The notes beneath the pieces were generated by a model. It ran no database searches. It had not been told where the DNA came from and saw nothing but the letters and a program-made list of their open reading frames with translations. A DNA stretch of 13,223 nucleotides from Myxococcales bacterium (GTDB lineage Bacteria > Myxococcota_A > UBA9042 > JABWCM01 > BTVJ01), in the NCBI GenBank assembly GCA_045863395.1, contig BTVJ01000137.1, positions 1 through 13,223 of the forward strand. Reading direction: 5' to 3'. Shown here piece after piece: positions 1-8,400 of the stretch (position 1 is the stretch's first letter; every line of letters starts with the position of its first letter). Made by a program: the position numbers and the translations under genes.

Positions 1-79
1 CGGTGTCCGTCGTGCCGCCGCCGCCGGTGTCCGTCGTGCCGCCGCCGCCGGTGTCCGTCGTGCCGCCGCCGCCGGTGTC
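1..79. repeat. 24-bp coding tandem repeat (3 perfect copies plus a partial copy) encoding TDTGGGGT on the minus strand
   Basis: CGGTGTCCGTCGTGCCGCCGCCGC occurs at 1-24, 25-48 and 49-72, with a partial copy at 73-79. The array may continue beyond the window. Confidence 0.95.
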
Positions 80-190
80 GGTGACGCCACCGTTGCCGCC
101 GCCGTCATCGTCGCTGCCGCATGCGGGCGCAGCAACGGCCAGGCCCAATGCCGCCGCAACTGCGAGGAACCTCCGCGCTCGAACCTTCAT
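2..190 (-). CDS. 5' part of a putative lipoprotein with a Gly/Thr/Asp-rich repeat linker; runs off the left edge of the window
   Basis: Manual translation from ATG at 190 (AGGAGG RBS about 8 nt upstream on the minus strand) gives MKVRARRFLAVAAALGLAVAAPA-C24-GSDDDGGGNGGVTDTGGGGTTDTGGGGTTDTGGGGTTDT... It has a basic n-region, a hydrophobic h-region and a lipobox-like APA|C. It is absent from the ORF track because no stop falls inside the window. Confidence 0.85.
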   Translation of the reverse strand, partial: MKVRARRFLAVAAALGLAVAAPACGSDDDGGGNGGVTDTGGGGTTDTGGGGTTDTGGGGTTDT

Positions 191-233
191 CTGTCTGCCT
201 CCTGGTGCTGTGGTGTCCACGACTGTGGTCGGG

Positions 234-262
234 GTTGTAAGTATAGAGGGTCGAGTTGTCAA
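234..262 (-). promoter_or_regulatory. Possible sigma70-type promoter for the minus-strand lipoprotein gene
   Basis: On the minus strand, TTGACA (262-257, perfect -35) is followed after 17 bp by TACAAC (239-234, 4/6 match to -10). It lies in an AT-rich patch about 45 bp upstream of the ATG. Confidence 0.45.
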
Positions 263-595
263 TTCCACATTTCATGCCGGGTCGTGATCGGTGTGCTGTT
301 CGTTCGTGTAACTGATTGTAAATAAATGCGAACTGTGTGTATCCTGGCTTCTTGGGGCGGCCTCGGCGCTCCGGCAGCACCGTGCAGCGGAACGAACCTT
401 CCACGGTCGCCTTGAGGCACCGCCTGCGTGAACGGCCTCGATTTGCCAGCGATTTCCCGACCGGCGGACGACTGCCCCCGGGTGGTGGCTCTGCCTGGGC
501 GGAGGGTGTCCTTGGCTTGCGTCCCTCGAACGATCCGGGCTAGGATGCGCGCCGCCCGTGCGGTCCACCCGCAGTCCCAAGGAGGTCCTCCAGCC

Positions 596-1311
596 ATGCG
601 GTCTGCTCTCGCGTCGCTCCAGATCACAAGGGTCATCGCCGCAGCGCTCCTGCTCGCCGGAGCGTCAGGCTGCGGAAGTGACACGGGCGCGACGTGCCCG
701 CCCGGCGCGTTCCTCGATCCCGTCCAGGCCTTCTGCGTGTCCTGTCCGCAGGGCACACCAGGCTACGTGATCCACACGTCTCAACCATCGGCTCCGTCGG
801 GTGGAGGAGGCACGGGGAGTGGCTCCGGTGCCGTCGACACGGGTGTCCCGGCCGCGGACGCGGCCACGGGGATGGGCGACGCGGTCACGGGGCTCGACAC
901 CGTCATGGCATGGGGGCGCTCACCGACGATGGAGCGCCCACGGAGTCCGACGGCGCCGCGTCCGGGGCCGACTCCGGACCGTCCGGCGGTGCCGGGGACG
1001 CTGTCGGGACGGGGGGAGCCGGTGGCAGTGGTGGATTGGGCGGGACGGGCGGACTCGGCGGGGCCGGTGCGACGTTCCCAGATCCGCCGGACGCGACGGG
1101 CTGTAACTGCCCCCTTGCCTTCTACTGCAAGCAGCTCGCGAGCGGGCCCACCTGCGTGTCCCACTCCTGCCTCAACAGCGTGCCCCAGGTCCAGACGCCG
1201 GGGACCGGAGGCGCCGGCGCGGACGTGTCTGGCGGTGACGCCGTTGCGCCCACCACCGACGCCAAGGTACCCGCGGGTGACGTCGTGACGCCCGGCGAGA
1301 CCGACCTGTAG
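596..1311 (+). pseudogene. Putative Cys/Gly-rich lipoprotein (about 238 aa if repaired) interrupted by an apparent 1-bp deletion near 905-916; either a real frameshift or a sequencing error
   Basis: GGAGG at 581-585 precedes ATG 596. The signal peptide MRSALASLQITRVIAAALLLAGASG|C26 is followed by CPPGAFLDPVQAFCVSCPQG and a G/S/T/D linker. After about 910 this frame becomes Arg/Pro-rich and looks off-frame. The 694..1311 frame continues the same linker style (GMGALTDDGAPTESDG...) into a Cys cluster (CNCPLAFYC...TCVSHSC) and stops at TAG 1309-1311, just before the next RBS. 596..1311 is 716 nt, one base short of a multiple of 3. Confidence 0.7.
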
Positions 1312-1332
1312 GGACCCCGCCAGGAGCCAGCC

Positions 1333-2934
1333 ATGCGCAAGGCCGACAAGGAGCGCGTTCTCGTCGAGGTCACGAGCAGAGCGGTCGCCAGCAAGATCGC
1401 CGCGGCGCGTGACGGCAGCGGTCTCCCCCTGGAGAACCTGCTCAACGACACCCTCTACCACGAGCGCAAGCGCCTCGAGACAGAGCCCCGCAACGCCGCC
1501 CGCAAGCACGACCTGGCCTTCTGGAACGAGATCGGGCGCGCGCTTGGCCGCGCCTCCCAAGAGGAGGTTCGTGACCTGCTCAAACGCGTCGTCGAGCGCT
1601 ATGTCATCGAGATCATGGGGAACTTCAGTGACTCCGTCTATCGGGTCGCGACGAAGGCCCTCCCCATCGGCCTCGGCGGCCTGCTCAACGCCCTGTCGCC
1701 TGCGCGCCTGGTCACGGGCTTCCCGTCCTTCCCGAGCCTGGACGACACGCTGATCATCCAGGGTGACGTCGACACGCTGCGCTCCCTCGACGAGAAGGGC
1801 ACCATCGTCATGGCCCCCACCCACCTGTCCAATCTGGACAGCATCATCATGGGGTGGGCCATCTACCGAATGGGGCTGCCTCCCTACCTCTATGGCGCTG
1901 GGCTCAACCTGTTCTCGAATCCTCTGATCAGCTTCTTTATGAACAACCTGGGCGCCTACCGGGTGGACCGGAAGAAGAAGAGCGCCCTGTACAAAGATGT
2001 CCTCAAGGAGTACGCGACCTGCTCCATCGAGCTGGGCTACGACAACCTCTTCTTCCCCGGGGGGACCCGCTCCCGGTCCGGCCTCGTCGAGCAGAAGCTG
2101 AAGCTCGGGCTGCTCGGCACCGGTCTTGGCGCTTACATCAACAACCTCCGAACGGGGCGCCCCAGCCCGAAGGTCTTCGTCGTCCCGGTCACTCTGAGCT
2201 ACCACCTCGTGCTCGAGGCAGAGACCCTCATAGACGACTACCTCAAAGAGGCCGGGAAGGCGCGCTACATCATCACGGACGACGAGTTCTCCCGGCCACG
2301 GCGCATCGCCACCTTCCTGTCGAACCTGGTCAACCTGGACGCGCGCATCTACATCACGGTGTGCCCGCCGCTGGATCCCTTCGGCAACCGGGTGCTCGCC
2401 GACGGCACGAGCGTCGATGCCCGTGGGCGCGCCATCGACATCGAGCGCTATGTCCACGTCGGCGGGCGGCCCGACCACGACCCCTGGCGGGACCAGGAGT
2501 ACACGCTGGAGCTGGGTGACTCGGTGCGTGCGTCGTTCCTGGCGAACAACGTGGCCATGTCCACCCACCTGCTTGCCTTCGCCATGTTCCGGCTCATGAG
2601 AGACCGAAACCCCGGCTTGGACCTGTATCGCCTGCTGCGGACCGGCGGCGACGAGGACAGCATGGTCCTGACCGATGTGTACGCCCGGGTCGATGCTCTC
2701 CTCGGGCGCGTGGGCAACCTGGTCCGCGACCGCCGCATCCAGGTCGACCCGCGCCTGGACGGCAAGCCCGTCAGCGAGGTGGTCTCCGACGCTCTGCGCC
2801 ACTTCGGCACCTACCACAGCCACGCAGTGGTGGAGCGGCGGGGTGATCGCCTGTTCGCCGGAGACATGAACCTCCTCTACTACTACCACAACAGGCTGGT
2901 CGGCTACGGCCTGGAGGCGAAGGAGGCCGCATGA
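1333..2934 (+). CDS. Glycerol-3-phosphate/lysophospholipid acyltransferase, PlsB/GPAT-like (LPLAT superfamily), 533 aa
   Basis: AGGAG RBS at 1322-1326. Catalytic HxxxxD is PTHLSNLDS (H-D at 1822-1839). Also present are GAGLNL, LGAYRVDR, block III FFPGGTRSRSG, KLKLGLL and VVPVTLSYHLVLE, all GPAT-type blocks. ATGA overlap with gpsA. Confidence 0.9.
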   Translation: MRKADKERVLVEVTSRAVASKIAAARDGSGLPLENLLNDTLYHERKRLETEPRNAARKHDLAFWNEIGRALGRASQEEVRDLLKRVVERYVIEIMGNFSDSVYRVATKALPIGLGGLLNALSPARLVTGFPSFPSLDDTLIIQGDVDTLRSLDEKGTIVMAPTHLSNLDSIIMGWAIYRMGLPPYLYGAGLNLFSNPLISFFMNNLGAYRVDRKKKSALYKDVLKEYATCSIELGYDNLFFPGGTRSRSGLVEQKLKLGLLGTGLGAYINNLRTGRPSPKVFVVPVTLSYHLVLEAETLIDDYLKEAGKARYIITDDEFSRPRRIATFLSNLVNLDARIYITVCPPLDPFGNRVLADGTSVDARGRAIDIERYVHVGGRPDHDPWRDQEYTLELGDSVRASFLANNVAMSTHLLAFAMFRLMRDRNPGLDLYRLLRTGGDEDSMVLTDVYARVDALLGRVGNLVRDRRIQVDPRLDGKPVSEVVSDALRHFGTYHSHAVVERRGDRLFAGDMNLLYYYHNRLVGYGLEAKEAA

Positions 2935-3953
2935 GCGCGCGTGAGACGGTCACGGTGGTCGGCGGCGGGAGCTGGGGGACGACGCTGGCTCATCTCTTTG
3001 CTCAGAACGACCACGACGTGCTGCTGTGGGTGCGCCGGGCCGATCAGGTGCGCCAGATCAACGAGGAGCACCGCAACGAGCGGTATCTCCCGGGCTACGC
3101 CATCCACCCGGGGGTCTCGGCCACCGAGGACCTGGAGCGCGCCATGCGCCACTCCCGCGTCGTCGTGGTGGTCGTGCCGTCCCACGCGCTCCGCTCCGTC
3201 GCGTCCGAGATGGGGCGCCACGCGACGGGCGATCAGCTCCTGATCAGCGCCACCAAGGGGCTGGAGCGGGACTCCTTCAAGCGAATGACCCAGCTCCTGG
3301 CCGAGGAGACCTGCTGCAAGAAGCTCGGCGTCCTGAGCGGACCCAACCTGGCGCGCGAGATCATGGCGGGCCAGCCGGCGGCTACGGTCATCGCGTCCCG
3401 GTATCGGGAGGTGGTTGCCGAGGGGGCTCGGCTCCTGGCGACCCCCATGTTTCGGGTCTATGGCAACGGCGACGTGCCTGGCGTGGAGATGTGCGGCGCT
3501 CTCAAGAACATCATCGCCATCGCCTCCGGTGTCGCCGCCGGGCTCGGGCTCGGCGACAACTCGCAGTCCATGCTGATGACGCGCGGGTTGGCTGAGATCC
3601 GCCGCATCGGCGAGGCGGTGGGGGCGACCCCGCTGACCTTCAGCGGCCTCGCCGGCATCGGCGATCTCATGGCCACCTGCGCCAGCTCCCTGAGCCGCAA
3701 CCACCAGGTGGGGTTTCGCCTGGCCAAGGGGGAGTCCCTCCCGCACATCCTGGAGACCATGGTCCAGGTGGCGGAGGGAGTGAACACGGCGGAGATCGCA
3801 CAGGCCTATGCGAGGCGCCTGGGTGTGGAGATGCCGATCACCGCTGGGGTCTGCCAGCTCCTCTTCGAAGGCATGTCTCCCCAGGACGCGATCCGGGAGC
3901 TCATGAACCGGCGCTCCACCTATGAGATTGATGCGACTCCCATTCACGCGTGA
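2931..3953 (+). CDS. gpsA: NAD(P)H-dependent glycerol-3-phosphate dehydrogenase, 340 aa
   Basis: Rossmann motif VVGGGSWGTTLA, plus NERYLPG, ATKGLE, LSGPNLARE, GALKNIIAIASG, GDN, GLAGIGDL.ATC.S..SRN and VAEGV. AAGGAGG RBS lies within the end of the upstream gene. Confidence 0.97.
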   Translation: MSARETVTVVGGGSWGTTLAHLFAQNDHDVLLWVRRADQVRQINEEHRNERYLPGYAIHPGVSATEDLERAMRHSRVVVVVVPSHALRSVASEMGRHATGDQLLISATKGLERDSFKRMTQLLAEETCCKKLGVLSGPNLAREIMAGQPAATVIASRYREVVAEGARLLATPMFRVYGNGDVPGVEMCGALKNIIAIASGVAAGLGLGDNSQSMLMTRGLAEIRRIGEAVGATPLTFSGLAGIGDLMATCASSLSRNHQVGFRLAKGESLPHILETMVQVAEGVNTAEIAQAYARRLGVEMPITAGVCQLLFEGMSPQDAIRELMNRRSTYEIDATPIHA

Positions 3954-4878
3954 CCGGCCGTCGCCGGAGTCCTGGTGCTATCCCCTGGACCGCAGCGACC
4001 AGCGGCTCATCGACCCTGACTGGCGGGGCGCCATCGTCACGTGTGACATCGACAAGACCTATCTGCGGACGCAGCTCGAGTCATTGAGTGGGATGCTGCG
4101 AGTCCCCATGGAGTTGGCCATCGACAAGCGGGCCATCCCAGGGACCGTGCCGATGCTGAAGGCGCTGCGTCGCGGCCCGGGACCGCAGCACCAGAACACG
4201 CCGCTCTACTTCGTGTCTGCGAGCCCGCCCCAGCTCCGGCGCGTCATCGAGCGCAAGATGCTCCTCGACGGAGTGGACTACGACGGGATCACATTCAAGG
4301 ACTGGGTGGGCCTGCTGCGGGCAGGCCAGCCGTCCAAGCTGAGAAACCACATCGGGTACAAGCTCTCGGCCCTCCTGCTGAACCGTCGGGCCCACCCGGA
4401 GGGGGCCCGGGAGCTGCTCTTCGGGGACGACAGCGAGACAGACGCCATGATCTACTGGACCTACGCGGCGATCCTCCGCGGGGAGCTCCGGGGACCGGCG
4501 CTGCTCGACCACCTGGCGGTGCACGGCGTCGCCCCGGAGGACGGGGTCTACGTCGAGCGGCTGTGTCGCGATCTCGCCGACACCGATGCCGTGGAGCGAG
4601 CCTTCATCCATTTGGAGGTCGGGCGCGCCCCGGAGGCGTTCTCTACCTGGGCTCCGCTCGTCGTGCCGACCCGAAACCCACTGCAGGCTGTGGCGCTGCT
4701 CCGGCTCGCCTCGTACGTAGATGCCCGCGCCGTCTCCGACGTGTCCCACGACCTGCTCGCCGAGGGCGAGCTGGACGCGGCCGATCTGTCCGCGGCGGTC
4801 ACGGACCTCGTGGATCGTGGCTTGGCGACGGAGACGGATCTGGCCGAGGTCCGTGAGCTCCTAGCCCAGGTGGTGTAG
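3922..4878 (+). CDS. HAD-like DxDxT phosphatase, putative App1/DUF2183-like phosphatidate phosphatase (start could be 3931)
   Basis: Motif I IVTCDIDKT (DIDKT at 4045-4059), motif II YFVSASP, a candidate motif III Lys in HIGYKL and motif IV LLFGDDSETD (GDDSETD at 4423-4443). The order and spacing resemble the App1 catalytic domain pattern (DIDDT / YVSxSP / LIGDSGExD). The gene overlaps the gpsA 3' end. The substrate is inferred from motifs and context. Confidence 0.7.
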   Translation: MRLMRLPFTRDRPSPESWCYPLDRSDQRLIDPDWRGAIVTCDIDKTYLRTQLESLSGMLRVPMELAIDKRAIPGTVPMLKALRRGPGPQHQNTPLYFVSASPPQLRRVIERKMLLDGVDYDGITFKDWVGLLRAGQPSKLRNHIGYKLSALLLNRRAHPEGARELLFGDDSETDAMIYWTYAAILRGELRGPALLDHLAVHGVAPEDGVYVERLCRDLADTDAVERAFIHLEVGRAPEAFSTWAPLVVPTRNPLQAVALLRLASYVDARAVSDVSHDLLAEGELDAADLSAAVTDLVDRGLATETDLAEVRELLAQVV

Positions 4879-5478
4879 CGGCGAGTCTGAGCGGGCCCAG
4901 CACTCCGTCACTGCGCCCGGCTCGCTCGCCAGCTCGGGCCAGGAGCGGCCCGGGGTTGGAGTCCCCAGCGCCCGCGCCAGCGACGTGGCGCTCTTCGCCT
5001 CACCCGCGAGGAGCTGTCTCGCCCACGCCCGAAACGGGTGGTTGGGTAGCCGATCCCACCCCAGGGCGCGCTCCATGTCCTGTATCTCCCGTTCTCCGGC
5101 CCGTGACACCGGGTACAGGAACTCGTCGTCCGGGTCGTCGCCCAGCTTGGCGACGGGCTTGCCGTCCAGGTAGGCCTTTGCGCGCCAGTCCCCCCAGGGA
5201 TCCACCGTCAATGCGACGACGAGAGTGCCACGGAGCGCGGCGCTCGCGTCTCGCCCCCAGGTGAAGATTCGATCTCGCTCCTCCGGCGCCACGACGGTCC
5301 AGTCTCCCCCCGGCAGGAGTGCCCACTCGCGCACCTCGAACGCTTGTCGCGGGTAGCCATTGGGGATCGGCGTGGCCAGTCGCCTGTACCCTTCGCCGTG
5401 GGCCACGGCGCACAGGGCATCTGCGACCCTGAGCTGGTCGGAGGTGGCGACGAACAGCAGCGAGCGGGTCTTCCCCAC
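4861..5478 (-). CDS. Hypothetical protein, 205 aa
   Basis: GTG start lies 4 nt after the stop of the upstream kinase-like gene. The composition looks globular (Trp-rich, alternating alpha/beta). The ORF exactly fills the gap and overlaps the convergent phosphatase stop by 18 bp. Confidence 0.75.
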   Translation of the reverse strand: MGKTRSLLFVATSDQLRVADALCAVAHGEGYRRLATPIPNGYPRQAFEVREWALLPGGDWTVVAPEERDRIFTWGRDASAALRGTLVVALTVDPWGDWRAKAYLDGKPVAKLGDDPDDEFLYPVSRAGEREIQDMERALGWDRLPNHPFRAWARQLLAGEAKSATSLARALGTPTPGRSWPELASEPGAVTECWARSDSPLHHLG

Positions 5479-5482
5479 GTGT

Positions 5483-8400
5483 CTACTCGGGATCCGCGCA
5501 GCAGCGGAACCCGACGTAGGAGGCCGGAGACGACTCGAGGCGCTTCGGCGACCGGGAGCAGGTGGCCGACGCGTCGTCGTTGACGGCGTTGCCGCCGTTG
5601 ACCGTCTTGTCCGCCGTCCACTCGCTCACGTTGCCGCTCATGTCGAAGAGGCCGTAGCCACTCTTGCAGCGCTTCATGCTCCCGGCAGGCTTGATCTCCC
5701 GCTCCTCGCCGTTCTCGCCCATGGTGTTGCAGGCGGTCGAGTCGTAGGTCTTGCCGTAGGGGTAGACTCCCCCGCACCCCCGCTTCCACTCGGCGCTGGT
5801 GCAGAGGCGGCGACCGCGCCCCTCACAGGCCCGCGTGGCTCCAAACCAGTCCACGTTGACCTTGGGCTTCTGCCCCGCCCCCGGAAACTCGTAAGGCTCG
5901 ATGCAGAACGCCCCCTTCTCGATGACCTTGTGGCCAGCCACGGTCCTGGTCGTGCTCGTGCTGATCTTGCGCATCCCGGCGGGGCACTTCAGGTCACCAT
6001 CGTCGTCCGGGTCGGGTGTCGCTGCCGCGACCACTGCGGCTTTCTGTGCCTCCTTGGCTGCCTTCTCCTCGGCCTTCTTGCGCGCTGCCTCCTCCTTGGC
6101 GGCCTTCTGGGCCTCCTTCTTCAGGCGCAGCTCCTCGTCCTTCTGCCGCTTGGCCTCGGCACGCTGAGCGGCGCTCATCTCTGCGAGGGCCTTCTTCTCT
6201 GCCAGTGCGGCCGCCTTCGCCTCGGCCTTCGCCTTCTCGCGTGCCTCGTTGGCGGCGACCTCGGCTGGCGTGAGCTCCTTCTTGGCGGCCTCCTCGGCCT
6301 TCTTGGCCTCTGCCAGCTTCTTCGCCTCCTCGGCCTTCTTGGCCTCCGCCAGCTTCTTGGCCTCCTCGGCCTCGGCCTTCTTGGCCTCCTCGGCCTTCTT
6401 GGCCTCCTCGGCCTTCTTGGCCTCCTCGGCCGCCAGCTTCGCGGCGGCTTCGTCTGCGGCTCTCTTGGCTGCCTCCTCCTCCGCTCTCTTGGCCTCTTCT
6501 GCCGCCAGCCGTGTCTGCTCTTCTGCCTTTCGGGCCTCCTCCGCAGCGAGGCTCTCTGCGCTCTGCGCGTCGCCGGACGCAGAAGACGCCGTACCTGCCA
6601 CGGTCCCGTCCTCGGTCGCCTGTGCGGTGAGGGTCACCCCATCGGGCTTGCCTGCGTCGCCCGCCGCGGCGACCTGGGAAGCCGTGTCCGCCTGGGCGGT
6701 CTGGCCGGCGTCCTGCTGACCGGCGTCCGCCGCAGCGGCGATGGCCCCCGTGTCTGGAGCAGCGGCGATGGCCCCGGCGTCGTCCGGCCGCGCGGTCCCC
6801 AGCCCTGTGTCCGGCGCTGCCTGCGCGACGGCCACCGGCTTCGGGCCGTCGGCGGGGTTCCCCGTCGCGACCGCATCGCCCTTCTTCGCGGCGGGAGCCC
6901 CCGCATACTGGACGTAGGTGTAGATCGCGGCGCCCACGATCAGGACGATCCCCGCCGCCAGCGCGAAACGCGCTCCTGCGCCGCCCTTGCGGGGTGCGCT
7001 CGGGGTCGCCACCGCGCGCTCCTGTCCGCCGATGCCGGTCGCGGTGCGCGCTGACGCAGCCGCCTCCGTTGCCGCTTGCTTGGGGTGAGGGCGCAGAGGG
7101 ACCAACATCACCTCCGCCATGCCGACGTCCAGGGTTGCGTCCTCGGTGTATGACGGTCGCTCGGGGCGTGCGGGCACCTCCGCGGCGGGCTCCTCGTCCC
7201 CCTCCAGCAGGATGGGCTCCTCCTCGTCCGGGGCGAGGATCAGGTCCTCGTCACTCGCCTCCACCCTGCGGTCCGCGGCGGGCTGGCCGGGGATGTGTAC
7301 CCGCGCCCTCTCCAGGACGATGGTGGCGTCGTGGTCCTCCGGCATCGGGAGGCCCGTCGCGTGCTCCGCCTCCCCCGCGACGCTCCCCGCTTGCCGTGGT
7401 AGGGGCAGAACGCTGGTCTGCTGGCCCGTCGGACGTTCGTCCGTCGCGCGGCGACGGAGCCCAGCGTCCGCCAGTGCGGCCGGCAGCGCGTCCGCGGCCT
7501 CCTCGGGGAGCCCCGGGACGGAGAAGTCCGGCGCCCCGCCCCCGGCGAGCCCCCCGCCGGCATCCTCGGCCTCGGCCACCGCCATGACGAGCTCGACATC
7601 GGACTCGTCCCCGTCCGCCTCCAACACCTCGTCCAGCTCCCCGTCCAGCAGGATCTCGGCCGCCGCGTCCCCCTCCGCGAGGACGTCCTCGAGCTCGAGG
7701 TCGATCTCGTCCTCGCCCTCCTCGCTCGGGACATCTGCCCGGATCATCGACGTGGCCGTGAGGGAGTCCTCATCCTCCAGGGGAGCCCCGACGTCGCTCA
7801 CGCCCGCCGCGGTGTCCGCGGCCTCATCCAGCGCGGTCTCGACGTCGGGGGCTTCGGCTTCTCCACCCTCGTCTCCGGCGGTCTCTGGCGGAGCTGCTGG
7901 CACCACCCTCGCGTCAAACCCGGAGTCCGTGAGCTCCTCGACGCCGACGACCTGCTCGACACCGTCGGGGGCGCTGTCCGGACGCGCCAGCGTCGCCGCC
8001 TTCGACTCACGGACGTGGCGCAGCACCTCCAGCCGGAGCCTGCTGTCCTCCAGCGTGTCGACCAGCGTGCGCTCGAACAGGTTGTCGTCCGCCACGAGGG
8101 GCCTGCCGTCCTTTGACAGCCACGCCGGCGGAGCGCTCGTCTCCAGCTCATCGTCCCAGTCGAGCGTGACCTCGTCCTCCGCATCGGACCCGGCAACGCG
8201 GGCGACGGGCTCGACCAGGGCCTCCACTCCCTCGGCACGGATGGACGCGGACGCCACCTCGGCCTCGGGGTGCCACGGCACGTCCTCCAGGTCCTCCGCC
8301 ACGTCGACCGCGTCGGCCGGCGGGACATCGGACGGCATCGCGGGCGGGATCCACGCGCCCTCCGCAGCGAGGCGCTCGGCGTTGCGTGCGGCCCTGACGG

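Noticed and set aside
1..79. 24-bp direct repeats as a CRISPR array
   Set aside because: The copies are directly adjacent with no spacers, are in frame within a lipoprotein gene, and no cas genes are present.
264..280. Sigma54 promoter on the minus strand (CCGGCATG-AAAT-GTGGA)
   Set aside because: The -24 GG element is plausible, but the -12 position reads GG rather than the near-invariant GC.
3..287. Plus-strand poly-Pro ORF (VSVVPPPP repeats)
   Set aside because: It is the antisense shadow of the TDTGGGGT lipoprotein, which has the RBS, ATG and signal peptide.
781..2889. 702-aa minus-strand ORF (also 2904..3947 and 4081..4749)
   Set aside because: These are antisense shadows of motif-bearing plus-strand genes. 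Long stop-free reverse frames are expected at high GC3, and they carry no recognisable motifs.
5483..5640. C-terminal FGE/C-type-lectin region as a diversity-generating retroelement variable region
   Set aside because: I saw no template repeat copy, reverse transcriptase or avd gene in the window. A remote DGR cannot be excluded from this window alone.
6732..6775. 27-bp-period duplication (GAIAAAPDT/GAIAAAADA)
   Set aside because: Only two imperfect in-frame copies within the low-complexity periplasmic linker, which is ordinary slippage.
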